Assembly: GCA_963807635.1 (NCBI GenBank)
Contig: CAWEDJ010000071.1
Coordinates: forward strand, 32,001 to 96,000
Source of the DNA: an uncultured cyanobacterium
Lineage (GTDB): Bacteria > Cyanobacteriota > Cyanobacteriia > Cyanobacteriales > Microcystaceae
Direction: 5' to 3'
DNA length: 64,000 nucleotides
Under the pieces are notes generated by a model. That model was not told where the DNA came from and searched no databases. It saw nothing but the letters and a program-made list of their open reading frames with translations. Below, piece by piece: positions 43,780-53,889 of this stretch (positions within the stretch are counted from its first letter, which is position 1; each line of letters opens with the position of its first letter). Both the position numbers and the translations under genes were made by a program.

Positions 43780-44163
43780 ATGTTAGAAAGAATTTTAGAC
43801 GAAGATGAGCTTTATCGGAGGCTACCTCTTATTTCTTTAAATAGTGACGGTACTGTTAATTCTGCGGCCTTTAAGCTTAGGGGTAAGCCAGATCCTAATA
43901 TTTCCGTAGATCTCGCTAGATTGACAACTCCTCAAGAGAGTTTAAATAGAGTAGTAAATCCTAATAATTTTAGATTAGGAGCATTCCTTGCCAATACTCC
44001 ACGAAATCTTGGATTGACAGTAATTCATGATCCTCTTAATGATAATTATGCTCATTCGCTCATTCAAGATAATGAAAACACACAAAATAGTAAAGTTATA
44101 TGTCGTCTTCTTGCGGAATCTACCAAAGTTATTTTTCCTCCCGATGAGGTGATCGCAGATTAA
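43780..44163 (+). CDS. Hypothetical protein, putative ADP-ribosyltransferase-fold toxin; gene 3 of the cassette
   Basis: ELYRR...AFK...ISVD...HDP...NYAHSLI: R-S-H spacing typical of small ART-like domains. Confidence 0.55.
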   Translation: MLERILDEDELYRRLPLISLNSDGTVNSAAFKLRGKPDPNISVDLARLTTPQESLNRVVNPNNFRLGAFLANTPRNLGLTVIHDPLNDNYAHSLIQDNENTQNSKVICRLLAESTKVIFPPDEVIAD

Positions 44164-44373
44164 ATGAAGTTTAGGTTACTCAGAATATTTTAATGGGAGT
44201 AAGTCTTGCTAATCTAAAGGATTTTCTTGAGAATATCTACAATATTTTCGTTATAAATTGGTCTTAAAATCCAGCTTAAGTAATAATTATAATCTGAGAA
44301 AAATTAACATTAATATCCTGATTCGGTGCATCTATTTTTGAACTAATTTTTTCCGTAATTCGGTTTTAATACC

Positions 44374-45909
44374 ATGAATTTTTCCCAACTTATCCAAGCA
44401 ATGCAGGGGTCGAATTTTTATCCCCATTCAGTACACCCTGAAATTCGAGTTATTCAGACCCATTGCTCCATTGTCTTTTTAACTGGAAACTATGCCTATA
44501 AAATCAAAAAAAATGTTGATTTTGGCTTTCTAGATTACTCGACTCTCGCAAAGCGTCATTATTTTCTGCAACAGGAATTGGAGATGAATCAAGCGATCGC
44601 TCCTGAGATCTATCTGGAAGTTTTGCCGATTAGTGAGATCGATACTTCTTTGGTTTTAGGAAGTTATAAAAACGTGGTGGAATACGTGCTTAAAATGGCT
44701 GAGTTTCCCCAGTCTGCTCTTTTAATTAGTTTGTTTGAAAGAGAGGAATTACAAGAATTCCATCTACGAGAATTGGGAGAAGTCGTTGCTAATTTTCACC
44801 AAAAAACCCATACAAATGATTATATTAAAAGTTTTGGAAACGTTGAAGTCATCAAAAAATCCATTGATGATAATTATCAAGCGACCCAAAAATATATTGG
44901 GATTACTCAAACTCTGGAACAGTATCAGGAAACTCGACAATTTACCGATAATTTTTTAACTCAAAAAAAAGCTATTTTTGAATCCCGTTGTATCAATAAT
45001 AAAATTCGGGAATGTCACGGAGATTTACACCTTAGAAATATTTGTTACTGGCACAATCAAATCCAACTCTTTGATCGCATTGAATTTAATGAACCCTTTC
45101 GCTTTGTGGATGTGATGTATGATATCGCCTTTACAGTGATGGATTTGGAGGCAAAGGGAAGAAAAGATTTAGGGAATATTTTTCTGAATACCTATTTAGA
45201 AAAAACAGGAGATTGGGAAGGATTACAAGTATTGCCGTTTTATTTGTGTCGTCAAGCCTATGTGCGAGCTAAGGTGACTTCTTTGTTATTAGATGATCAA
45301 AATATTACTGAATCAGAGAAAGAAAATGTGAAACAAATTGCGAAAAATTATTACCATTTAGCCTGGCAATATACCCAGAGTTCCCAAGGAAAAATGATTG
45401 TCATGTCGGGCTTGTCGGGTTCGGGGAAAAGTACCGTCGCCAAATATCTTGCGCCGAAAATAAATGCCATTCATCTGCGCTCTGATGCGGTGCGAAAACA
45501 TTTAGCGGGAATTCCCCTAGATCAAGCTGGAGATGATAACTTATATAGTCCAGAAATGAATGAGAAAACCTATCAATTTCTGTTAGAGTTAGGGCTTTTA
45601 TTAATCAGTCAAGGATTTTCAGTGATTCTAGATGCGAAATATGACCGTCATCAATGGCGATCGCCTATTGTAAACGCGGCGGAAAAGGGTGATTTTTGCT
45701 TAAAAATTTTGTATTGTCAGGCTTCAATGGAAACCTTAACCACTCGGTTACAAACCAGGAAAGGTGATATTTCTGATGCAACCCCTGATTTACTCGTTCA
45801 ACAACAGGCAAATACTGATATTTTTAATGAAACGGAAAAAAAATACGCGATCGCAGTAAATACCGAGTCTGAGAATTGGCAATCAGGTCTTGACTCTTGG
45901 TTAAACTAG
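44374..45909 (+). CDS. Aminoglycoside-phosphotransferase-like + AAA_33 P-loop kinase fusion
   Basis: IQTH, RECHGDLHLRNI, FDRIEFN, GLSGSGKST, SDA motifs. Confidence 0.88.
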   Translation: MNFSQLIQAMQGSNFYPHSVHPEIRVIQTHCSIVFLTGNYAYKIKKNVDFGFLDYSTLAKRHYFLQQELEMNQAIAPEIYLEVLPISEIDTSLVLGSYKNVVEYVLKMAEFPQSALLISLFEREELQEFHLRELGEVVANFHQKTHTNDYIKSFGNVEVIKKSIDDNYQATQKYIGITQTLEQYQETRQFTDNFLTQKKAIFESRCINNKIRECHGDLHLRNICYWHNQIQLFDRIEFNEPFRFVDVMYDIAFTVMDLEAKGRKDLGNIFLNTYLEKTGDWEGLQVLPFYLCRQAYVRAKVTSLLLDDQNITESEKENVKQIAKNYYHLAWQYTQSSQGKMIVMSGLSGSGKSTVAKYLAPKINAIHLRSDAVRKHLAGIPLDQAGDDNLYSPEMNEKTYQFLLELGLLLISQGFSVILDAKYDRHQWRSPIVNAAEKGDFCLKILYCQASMETLTTRLQTRKGDISDATPDLLVQQQANTDIFNETEKKYAIAVNTESENWQSGLDSWLN

Positions 45910-45969
45910 AAAAAATCCATCCTATTGAACTCTTGTTATAGTGGGCAATGCTACTAGTTAAATTCTTTC

Positions 45970-47406
45970 ATGACAACTCAATTTTTAAATAATCGTTATC
46001 AAATTGTGGCAACTCTCGGTAGAGGAGGGTTTGGGGAAACCTTTTTGGCGACCGATACCCATATGCCTTCAGCCCGAAAGTGCGTCATTAAACTGCTCAA
46101 ACCCCTCGTCGAAGATCCAGAAATTCCCCAATGGCTGAAGGAGCGGTTTCAACGGGAAGCGGCAATTCTAGAAGATTTGGGCGAAAATCATCCCCAAATT
46201 CCCCGATTGTATGCTTATTTTACTGAAAAAAATAATTTTTATTTAGTACAGGAATGGGTCGAAGGCTTTACGCTGACTCAAAAGCACGAACAACAGGGAA
46301 ATTTTTCCTCTGAACAAATTCAGGAGTTACTGATTGGTTTGCTGCCTGTTTTGGCTTTTATCCATGAACGCCGCATTATTCACCGAGATATCAAACCCGA
46401 TAACATTATTCTTCGTAATAGTGATGGCAAGCCTGTTCTGATTGATTTTGGCATTATCAAGGAAGCGATGGGAACGGTGGTTAATCCCGATGGTCGGAGT
46501 GCCTATTCCATTGCTTTGGGAACCCCTGGTTATATGTCCTCAGAGCAAGCCGCAGGTCGTCCTGTGTATTCCAGTGATCTGTATAGTTTGGGATTAACGG
46601 CAATTTTTTTATTAACGGGCAAAACGCCCCAATATTTAGAGTCTGATTCTCGCACAGGGGAAATTCTCTGGCGCAAAGAGGCTCCCCAGGTTTCTGCTCA
46701 ACTGGCCAATGTCTTAGATAAAAGTATTCATTTCCATCCCCGCGATCGCTTTACCTCGGCAGAAGAAATGTTAATGGCGTTGGTGAGTCGTCTGCCCAAT
46801 AAGACCCAGAGTAGTTTTCAGAGCCATACCGAAGCGACCGTTGCTGTTGGTTCCAATCCCAAACGCCGCTCCAGTCGTCCCGTGACTAACCCCACCATTG
46901 AAATAGAAGAAGAAGAAACCGAAGAAAAGGGGAATCCTTGGATCGCTTGGATTGTCATGCCCTTAATTTTCCTCGTCATTATTGTCAGTGGATTAGCAGT
47001 GGGCTTTTTAATGGCGACGAAAAAACGGATGGAACCGCCCCAACCGTCTCCCACCGAAAGCATTGAACCCGCGCAACCAGAATCATTCCCGACTCCTACT
47101 CCTTTAGTGATTCCCACCGTCAGACCCACTCCTGTACCGACCCCAATTCCGACCCCTGTGCCGACTCCGATTCCCACTCCTGAAGTTTCTCCGAGTCTCG
47201 CTCCTGAAGTGAATCCCGAAAATCCCATTCCCCCCTTAACCCCGATTCCCAATCCAACCCCCTCGGCCAAGTCCACTCCTATTTTTGTGCCGACTCCTGT
47301 CCCTGAAGCAAAACCGAGTCCCGTCTCAACGCCGACTCCTGAGATTAAACCGCTTCCAGAAAATGCTCCCCCCGCACCGCCTATTGAGGAAAAACCTGTT
47401 AATTAG
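45970..47406 (+). CDS. Hanks-type Ser/Thr protein kinase with TM and Pro/Thr-rich tail
   Basis: LGRGGFG, VIK, HRDIKPDN, DFG, GTPGY; TM WIAWIVMPLIFLVIIV; PTP repeats. Confidence 0.92.
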   Translation: MTTQFLNNRYQIVATLGRGGFGETFLATDTHMPSARKCVIKLLKPLVEDPEIPQWLKERFQREAAILEDLGENHPQIPRLYAYFTEKNNFYLVQEWVEGFTLTQKHEQQGNFSSEQIQELLIGLLPVLAFIHERRIIHRDIKPDNIILRNSDGKPVLIDFGIIKEAMGTVVNPDGRSAYSIALGTPGYMSSEQAAGRPVYSSDLYSLGLTAIFLLTGKTPQYLESDSRTGEILWRKEAPQVSAQLANVLDKSIHFHPRDRFTSAEEMLMALVSRLPNKTQSSFQSHTEATVAVGSNPKRRSSRPVTNPTIEIEEEETEEKGNPWIAWIVMPLIFLVIIVSGLAVGFLMATKKRMEPPQPSPTESIEPAQPESFPTPTPLVIPTVRPTPVPTPIPTPVPTPIPTPEVSPSLAPEVNPENPIPPLTPIPNPTPSAKSTPIFVPTPVPEAKPSPVSTPTPEIKPLPENAPPAPPIEEKPVN

Positions 47407-47538
47407 GGCTTGCTGAAAAAGACAGAAAAAACGGAAAACCTGCCGAAGTAGGGCAGAAAGATTGATCTGATTTTTTCTGTTAAGTTTGAAAACGAGGATA
47501 GAGCAAGGGTTTCAAGTTTTTAGTTTTTTCAATAAGTT
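47405..47538. mobile_element. Possible decayed MITE with an IS-like left end
   Basis: AGGGCTTGCTGAAAAAG at the kinase stop; only a weak inverted match (TTTTTTCAATAAGTT) near 47524-47538. Confidence 0.35.
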
Positions 47539-47675
47539 GGTCTTAATAATAATAACTGACGACAGAATAGGGCTTTACATATTAACCTATTAAAGATAGA
47601 GCCTTCCTCAATGACGGGATTTTAGACTCATTTTTCTGATAAACTAGACAATAATCGCAATAAAAAGAATTTTTT

Positions 47676-48110
47676 ATGATAATACGAGCCATTGTCAGCA
47701 TTTGTTTAGCTTGTGTCCTGTCTCTCGGCAGTTTACTCATCTCTCCCTCCGCGATCGCCCTCACCGAAATTCCCCTCATTGATATTTCCTACAAAGAATG
47801 TCCCTCCGAATTAGCAGAAGGAGGCGTGGGGAGTGGTTCTAGTGATCCTGTCAGTTGTTTTCTGGTAACAGGAAAAACCAAAAATACCACAGGAAAAACC
47901 GTCTATGATGCCGATGTTTTTGGCTGGATTTATGATGCGAATAATGAACCTGCTATGCAGAATCGCAATCGCGTTGGATCTATCGCCGAAATTGAGCCTG
48001 GTATCCATGACTTTGAAGTACGAATTAGTGTACCCGCCAATCAACCGACTCCTTTAAAACTCGAAAAATTTAAAGCCTCTGGATTTACAGGAAAGGTTCG
48101 GAAATATTAG
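47676..48110 (+). CDS. Secreted hypothetical protein
   Basis: Signal peptide ending PSAIA; YDADVFGWIYDANNEPAMQNR, LEKFKASGF. Confidence 0.65.
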   Translation: MIIRAIVSICLACVLSLGSLLISPSAIALTEIPLIDISYKECPSELAEGGVGSGSSDPVSCFLVTGKTKNTTGKTVYDADVFGWIYDANNEPAMQNRNRVGSIAEIEPGIHDFEVRISVPANQPTPLKLEKFKASGFTGKVRKY

Positions 48111-48197
48111 ATTTTAGCTAAAAATCATAGTAGGGGAAATTCGTTTAGTAGAGGCATCTTCTCTCTTTTCCCTATTTTCTTACTCCTTATCACTACA

Positions 48198-49258
48198 ATG
48201 AAAAATCGACAAAAATTCATGTTAGATTATTGTCTTAAAGTTCCCGTGGTTGGCTTTTTTCTGCTTAACTTAAATGCTTGCGACTGGATTAGTCAGCGAT
48301 TTTTCCCCTCTACCCAATTTACAGCTCGCAACTTGGGAGTAATTGTCAATACGGCTGATCCTCTGAGTGTGCAAATTGCGGAATATTATCAACGACAACG
48401 GAAAATTCCTCAGCAAAATATTATTAAAATTTCCTTTCCTGCTAATCGTTCTGAACTTTCGTCGGAAGAATTTTTAGCCTTACAAAGGAAGGTTAAAGCC
48501 CAAACACCGAGCCAAGTGGAAGGTTATGCTCTTACCTGGGCTGCCCCCTACCGAGTCGGTTGTATGTCGATTACCAGTGCCTTTGCCTTTGGCTATGACC
48601 AGTCTTATTGTGCCAATGGCTGTCAGCCGACTGCCGTGAATCCCTATTTCAATCAGGAAACGATTCATCCCTATCAAGATTTTAAAATGCGTCCGACTAT
48701 GATGATCGCCGCGACGAATTTTACTGAAGCGAAGGGATTAATCGATCGCGGGGTGGCTTCGGATGCGACCTATCCCCCAGGACGGCCTATCTAATGGATA
48801 CCAGTGATAAGGCTCGTAATGTGCGATCGCAGTTTTATCCTGCTGTGATCAATTATCTGGGTTCTCGTTTGCGGATTGTGACTCCTAAAAGTGATGCCCT
48901 GGAAAATAAGACTGATGTGATGTTTTATATTACGGGACGCGCCCAGGTTAACAAAATTAAAACCAATCAATTCAGACCAGGTGCGATCGCCGATCACCTC
49001 ACTTCCCTGGGCGGACAACTCACCGATAGCTCCCAAATGAGTAGCCTACGTTGGCTAGAAGCAGGAGTAACGGGTAGTTATGGGGCAGTAGTCGAACCCT
49101 GCAACTTTTTGCAAAAATTTCCCCATCCAGGCGTAGTCATCCAATCCTATCTCAATGGAGCAACGCTATTAGAAAGTTATTGGCGAAGTGTGGCGTGGCC
49201 AGGCCAGGGCGTATTTATTGGAGAACCCCTAGCGCGTCCCTATGGTCAAAAATCTTAA
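48198..49258 (+). CDS. TIGR03790-family protein (exosortase-associated distribution); frameshift near 48781
   Basis: LGVIVNTADPLSVQIAEYY, PYRVGCMSITSAF, GAIADHLTS, GAVVEPC, GEPLARP. Confidence 0.75.
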
Positions 49259-49888
49259 ACAATCCCTGATCGCAGGGCAATCACTGCGGCTTGAACCCGA
49301 TCATCAACGGATAACTTATTCATAATGCCCCGTACATGGGTTTTGATGGTATTGGTACTCAGATAAAGCACTTCACCGATTTCGTTATTACTTTTCCCCT
49401 CCACAATTAACTTTAAAACGTCCATTTCCCGTTCTGACAGATTCGCGACTCCCGAATCGGTTTGTTGGAAGGTGGGTTTGAGATTATCGACGACTAAACG
49501 GGCAATTTGGGGATCTAAATAGGTTGCTCCGTCTTTTGCCGCCGCGATCGCGGCCAATAATCTATCTAAACTTGCTCCTTTGACGCAATAGGCATCGGCT
49601 CCACTGGATAGGGCCGCAACGACTTCTGTTTGTAGGGTGTGGGAAGTGAGCATAACAATATGTACCTTCGGCAATTTTTCCTTAATTTGCTTGGTAGCCG
49701 CAATCCCATCTAAACGGGGCAGACCAATATCCATAATGATCAAATCAGGCTGAAGTGCGATCGCCTGTTGCACTGCCGTATAACCATCTTCGGCTTGTCC
49801 AATGATCGTAAAGCCAGGTTGTTCACTCAGGGCTTGTTCCAGGCCCTAATTGCATGAGCGGATCATCTTCGACAATTAAAATTCGCAT
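49255..49888 (-). CDS. NarL/LuxR-type response regulator; frameshift near 49845
   Basis: MRILIVEDD, IMDIGLP, LSEREMDVL...GKSNNEIG...TIKTHV. Confidence 0.9.
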
Positions 49889-50075
49889 AAAGTTCGTACC
49901 CCATAGTTCGGTCATTGACGAGCGGAGAACCGTTTCACCCATTCGGGGGAAGTGCAACAATTACTAGTTTAGGCAATCTTTAGATAGAGTGAATCGATTT
50001 CGGTTAAATTCTTTGCAATTATTTCACTTTTCTGGAAATATATGGGCAAAATTAGGTTCATTCTTAGGAAAATCT

Positions 50076-51577
50076 ATGATTTCTTTTCTTTCTAAGAAAT
50101 ACAAAAACCCTTGGCTTCTGCTTTTATTCATCGCGATCGCCTATGGAGGAATTGATTTCTTTTTTCTCCAGTACCAGCACTCACCCCAGGCTTTTTGGGT
50201 ACTCCAGGCGTTTATGATAGTTACTGCCACAACAACCGTGCTTTTAGTCGTCGCGATCGCCAAACGTCAACGGATTGAACAGCAATTACGCCATACCCTA
50301 GAACGGGATCGACTGCTTGCAGAAGTTGCCCTGAAAATTCGACAATCTTTGGAATTAGGAGAAATTTGTCAAACCACCGTGACAGAAGTGCGGGAATTAT
50401 TGCAGGTGGATCGGGTCTATATCGGCTTTGTACAAGAGCAAACCTTTCGGGTGGTAGCCGAAGCGATCGCCCCTGATCAAATATCTCTTTTAGATTGGCA
50501 AGAGCAAGTCCCCAGTTATGAAGAAATCGCGCCTTTTATTCCTCAAAAAGTGATTATTGCTGATAATATTGCTGACTTGGATATACTCAAACCGTTAAAA
50601 ACCTATTATCAACATTACCAAATTAAATCTCTCCTCGCCGTTCCCTGGTGACCCAGGATCAAACCCTCGGCTTACTGGTTGCCCATCAATGTTCTCGATT
50701 TCGACATTGGCAAAAGGGAGAAGTCCGTTTATTAGAACAATTAGGGACTCAAGTGGCGATCGCGGTGCAACAGGCCCAACTCTATCAACAGGTGCAAATT
50801 CTTAACAGTAATTTAGAAAAACAGGTGCGATCGCGTACTTTGGAACTCGAAGATCGAATGCTGGAACTCGAAGAGCTACAGGAAATGAAAGCCGTCTTTT
50901 TGCAAGCCGTTTCCCACGATCTCCGCACTTCTATGATGGGTTTATTGATGTTATTGAAAAATCTACAAAATCGACCTGGCGACAATATAAGCCTTTCCCG
51001 TTCCATCCTCGACCGTCTGATCCAAAGCGGCGATCGGCAACTTACCCTATTAAATGCTCTCTCTGAAAATCACTTTGCAGAAAATCGTCCCCTCCTCTTA
51101 AATCGTCAACCCATTAATTTGAGTAACTTTTTAGATCAAATTTTGCAAGAATGGCGATCGCCTTTTTCCCAAAATCAAGTCAGTATCACCCATAAAATTC
51201 CCGACACATTTCCCCCTATCTTTGCCGATGTTCAATTTTTAAAACAAGTGTTTGATAATCTCTTAACCAATGCTCTCAAACACAATCCGCCTGGAATTCA
51301 ATTGGCGATCAAAGCCCATATCGAAGGAAACATGATGCGTTGTCTGCTTATTGATAATGGTGTCGGCATGGATCAACAGCAATGTGAAAAATTATTTCAT
51401 CTTTATCTCAGAAGTTTACATAATCAACGACTCACGGGAATTGGTCTGGGATGTTATCAATGTCGGCAAATTATTGAAGCACATGGGGGACAAATCGGGG
51501 TTTCCAGTATTCTCCAAAAAGGCAGTCAATTTTGGTTTACCTTACCCCTAGCTCAATCGGCAAAAACAGCTATTTGA
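50076..51577 (+). CDS. Membrane GAF-domain sensor histidine kinase; frameshift near 50646
   Basis: Two TMs, GAF (IRQSLEL...DRV...GLLVAHQC), AVSHDLRT, NLLTNALKH, DNGVG, GIGLG. Confidence 0.88.
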
Positions 51578-51583
51578 AACCTG

Positions 51584-51685
51584 TAAGCTGTTAATTATCT
51601 AAAATACATACAGGCAAGGGGCTTAAGCCCCTTGTTAAAAGACTTTCAAGAAAATCATTATGCAATCTAAATTTGTGACAGCTTA
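51584..51685. mobile_element. 102-bp dispersed repeat/MITE, copy 2
   Basis: TAAGCTGT...ACAGCTTA ends, internal palindrome CAAGGGGCTTAAGCCCCTTG, colinear with 24698-24799. Confidence 0.8.
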
Positions 51686-51737
51686 TCTTTTTATAAGCAA
51701 CTCTAGCCAATTATTTTAACTAAAAAAATCAGACTAT

Positions 51738-52832
51738 TTATGCCTCTAAAGGTTTAATAGCAACCCAGTATTTGCTGACTAAATGATTTTCTATTTGTAC
51801 TGTCCTAAAACCACATTCCTCTAGACGAATTACCAAATCATCTGTGATGTAATGACGATAATAGGGTTCATGGAAAAGCAGTGGAAAATTTTCCATCACA
51901 GGTTGAAAATCGGGAGAATCGATCACCTGAATCGAATCACAAATCACAAAGACTCCGCCAGGTTGGAGAACTCGAAAAGCTTCTTGAATAACATTTTGTC
52001 GAGCTTCGGGAGGTAATTCATGGAACAAAAAAACACTAGTAACCGCCGAAAAATAGTTATCTAAATAGGGTAACGTTTCTGCATTGGCTCGGATTAACTG
52101 GGGTAATTCTCCCAACTCTTGAGACAACATCTGATTGGCTTTTCGCAGATAGGTCGGGGACAAATCCACTCCAAACAAAGATGCTTTCGGAAAAGTTGCC
52201 CGCAACATTTTCAGCGATCGCCCCGTTCCGCAGGCCACATCTAAAATTTTTGAAGATTGATCAGAAAATTCGGCAACAGTAGGTAAATTTTCCTTAACCA
52301 GTTTCAAAATCCGACGACGCATCCCATCCGCCGCCCCATTGAAGAGAATTTCTACTTGTAAATCGTAGAGATTAGCCGACATTTCCCCCAAATAGCCGTC
52401 CGTTTGATAGTGGAAATTTTGCAAATAATAGGCGGGATAGCCTTCTAGATCAATATCTGGGGAAAAGTTTTGATATTTTTTTTGCTTGACTCTTTGCCAA
52501 ACATTTGGTAGATCCAGCCATAAAGCAGGATAATAACGCAAAAAATTCTCCCATTCATGATCAAATAACAAACTCACGGGATATACCCCCGCCTGGGCAT
52601 CTTGCCATTCAACGGCGAATAGTTCCTTCCTGAGAGTTTGGAGTTTCGCCGTCAATTCCGCCGAGAGAGGAGTCGTCTTTTTTTGGCAATCGGGCAGAAA
52701 TAAATCCGTTAATCGATTCTTAAGCGTCTTATCAAGGAGTCCAAAGGCGGCCTTTCCATCCTGGAGGGTTTGATAGGCTAATTGAGTCCAATCGGATGGA
52801 ATTAACTGGTCTAAATTTGGGAATGATTGCAT
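51738..52832 (-). CDS. Class I SAM-dependent methyltransferase (conserved cyanobacterial type)
   Basis: YYLQNFHYQTDGYL, ILDVACGTG, VFLFHELP. Confidence 0.88.
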   Translation of the reverse strand: MQSFPNLDQLIPSDWTQLAYQTLQDGKAAFGLLDKTLKNRLTDLFLPDCQKKTTPLSAELTAKLQTLRKELFAVEWQDAQAGVYPVSLLFDHEWENFLRYYPALWLDLPNVWQRVKQKKYQNFSPDIDLEGYPAYYLQNFHYQTDGYLGEMSANLYDLQVEILFNGAADGMRRRILKLVKENLPTVAEFSDQSSKILDVACGTGRSLKMLRATFPKASLFGVDLSPTYLRKANQMLSQELGELPQLIRANAETLPYLDNYFSAVTSVFLFHELPPEARQNVIQEAFRVLQPGGVFVICDSIQVIDSPDFQPVMENFPLLFHEPYYRHYITDDLVIRLEECGFRTVQIENHLVSKYWVAIKPLEA

Positions 52833-52882
52833 TTTTTCAAATTATTTTAAGTGAATCTAAATTAATGACTCGATATCAATTT

Positions 52883-53230
52883 CTATAGACCTCTAGATTT
52901 CAGTAGATCAGTTAGATACTGAAATAACTCATGCGCAGTAAAGTACTGTTCTTCTTCCGATGCCTTAACTATCACATACCAAGGTTTGGGTGAAACTTGT
53001 GTCAAAACAGTAGTTGTGTCATTTGACTTGCTGAAATCTAAGGTAGGATAAGGTACTAATTCACCACAGGAATATACCAGTTTGGCTTCAACGGCACGAG
53101 TACACAAATCTAGTAATTTTTCTCTAGCTCCCAGAGAAGTGCCATCTCTTCGGTAAGGCATAACTTGACTGCCAGAAGGTTTTGGCGGATACTCTGGAAC
53201 AGATGATGGATGTTGAGGAATACGAGTCAT
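52883..53230 (-). CDS. Hypothetical protein (uncertain)
   Basis: 115-aa ORF from ATG at 53230 with a Pro-rich N-terminus; no recognised motif. Confidence 0.35.
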   Translation of the reverse strand: MTRIPQHPSSVPEYPPKPSGSQVMPYRRDGTSLGAREKLLDLCTRAVEAKLVYSCGELVPYPTLDFSKSNDTTTVLTQVSPKPWYVIVKASEEEQYFTAHELFQYLTDLLKSRGL

Positions 53231-53774
53231 GGCAGAATTAGATGAAGAATCTAGCGATGTTAATAATCTTAACAATTCGACTAACAATCTGGATTTAATT
53301 TATGAATACACTGCCTCTATTCTGAAAGCTTTCGACGAAGATACAAAGGCTATTAATGCGAAATTAGGGACTATAATTGCTTTTAATGGAGTTCTTATCC
53401 GAATTTCAATGGATTTGCCAGATCAATTAACGAAAATCAGAGGGATACCCTGTTATTCCTGTTTGATTATCAAGATTGTAATTTTTTTCCTACTGATCTG
53501 CTCAATTTGGATTAGTATTACTGGATTAAAAACTCGTCCCTCTTATTCGATAGTCAGACCAGGTGAACTATTGGATAATTGGTATGCGGTAGATAGTGAA
53601 ATATGCAAAATTTTTATTGTTAAGGGTTTACGAGAGGCTGTAGAAGGAGTCGATAGAGAAAGAGCGGAAAAATCCAATCAACTTAATCGTTCTTTGACAT
53701 CATTAGCTATTGCAGTGACTTTATATGGATTTGGCGCATTATTTCCTAATCTTGTTCACGTCATCACTAACTGA
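53229..53774 (+). CDS. Three-TM membrane protein, loosely Pycsar-effector-like
   Basis: INAKLGTIIAFNGVL (TM1), CLIIKIVIFFLLICSIWISI..RP (TM2), EKSNQLNRS then TM3. Confidence 0.55.
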   Translation: MAELDEESSDVNNLNNSTNNLDLIYEYTASILKAFDEDTKAINAKLGTIIAFNGVLIRISMDLPDQLTKIRGIPCYSCLIIKIVIFFLLICSIWISITGLKTRPSYSIVRPGELLDNWYAVDSEICKIFIVKGLREAVEGVDRERAEKSNQLNRSLTSLAIAVTLYGFGALFPNLVHVITN

Positions 53775-53889
53775 GAACGACTGAAATATATTTACCGAAA
53801 TTTAATAATTTGCTCAATAAAGTTTATTTTCTTGCTGAAGACGAATGATTTGAGTAAAATCTAATCACCGTAAACTTTCCTCGAATCCT

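Noticed and set aside
46818..47276. 152-aa Gly/Val-rich minus-strand ORF
   Set aside because: Antisense shadow of the kinase Pro/Thr-rich tail.
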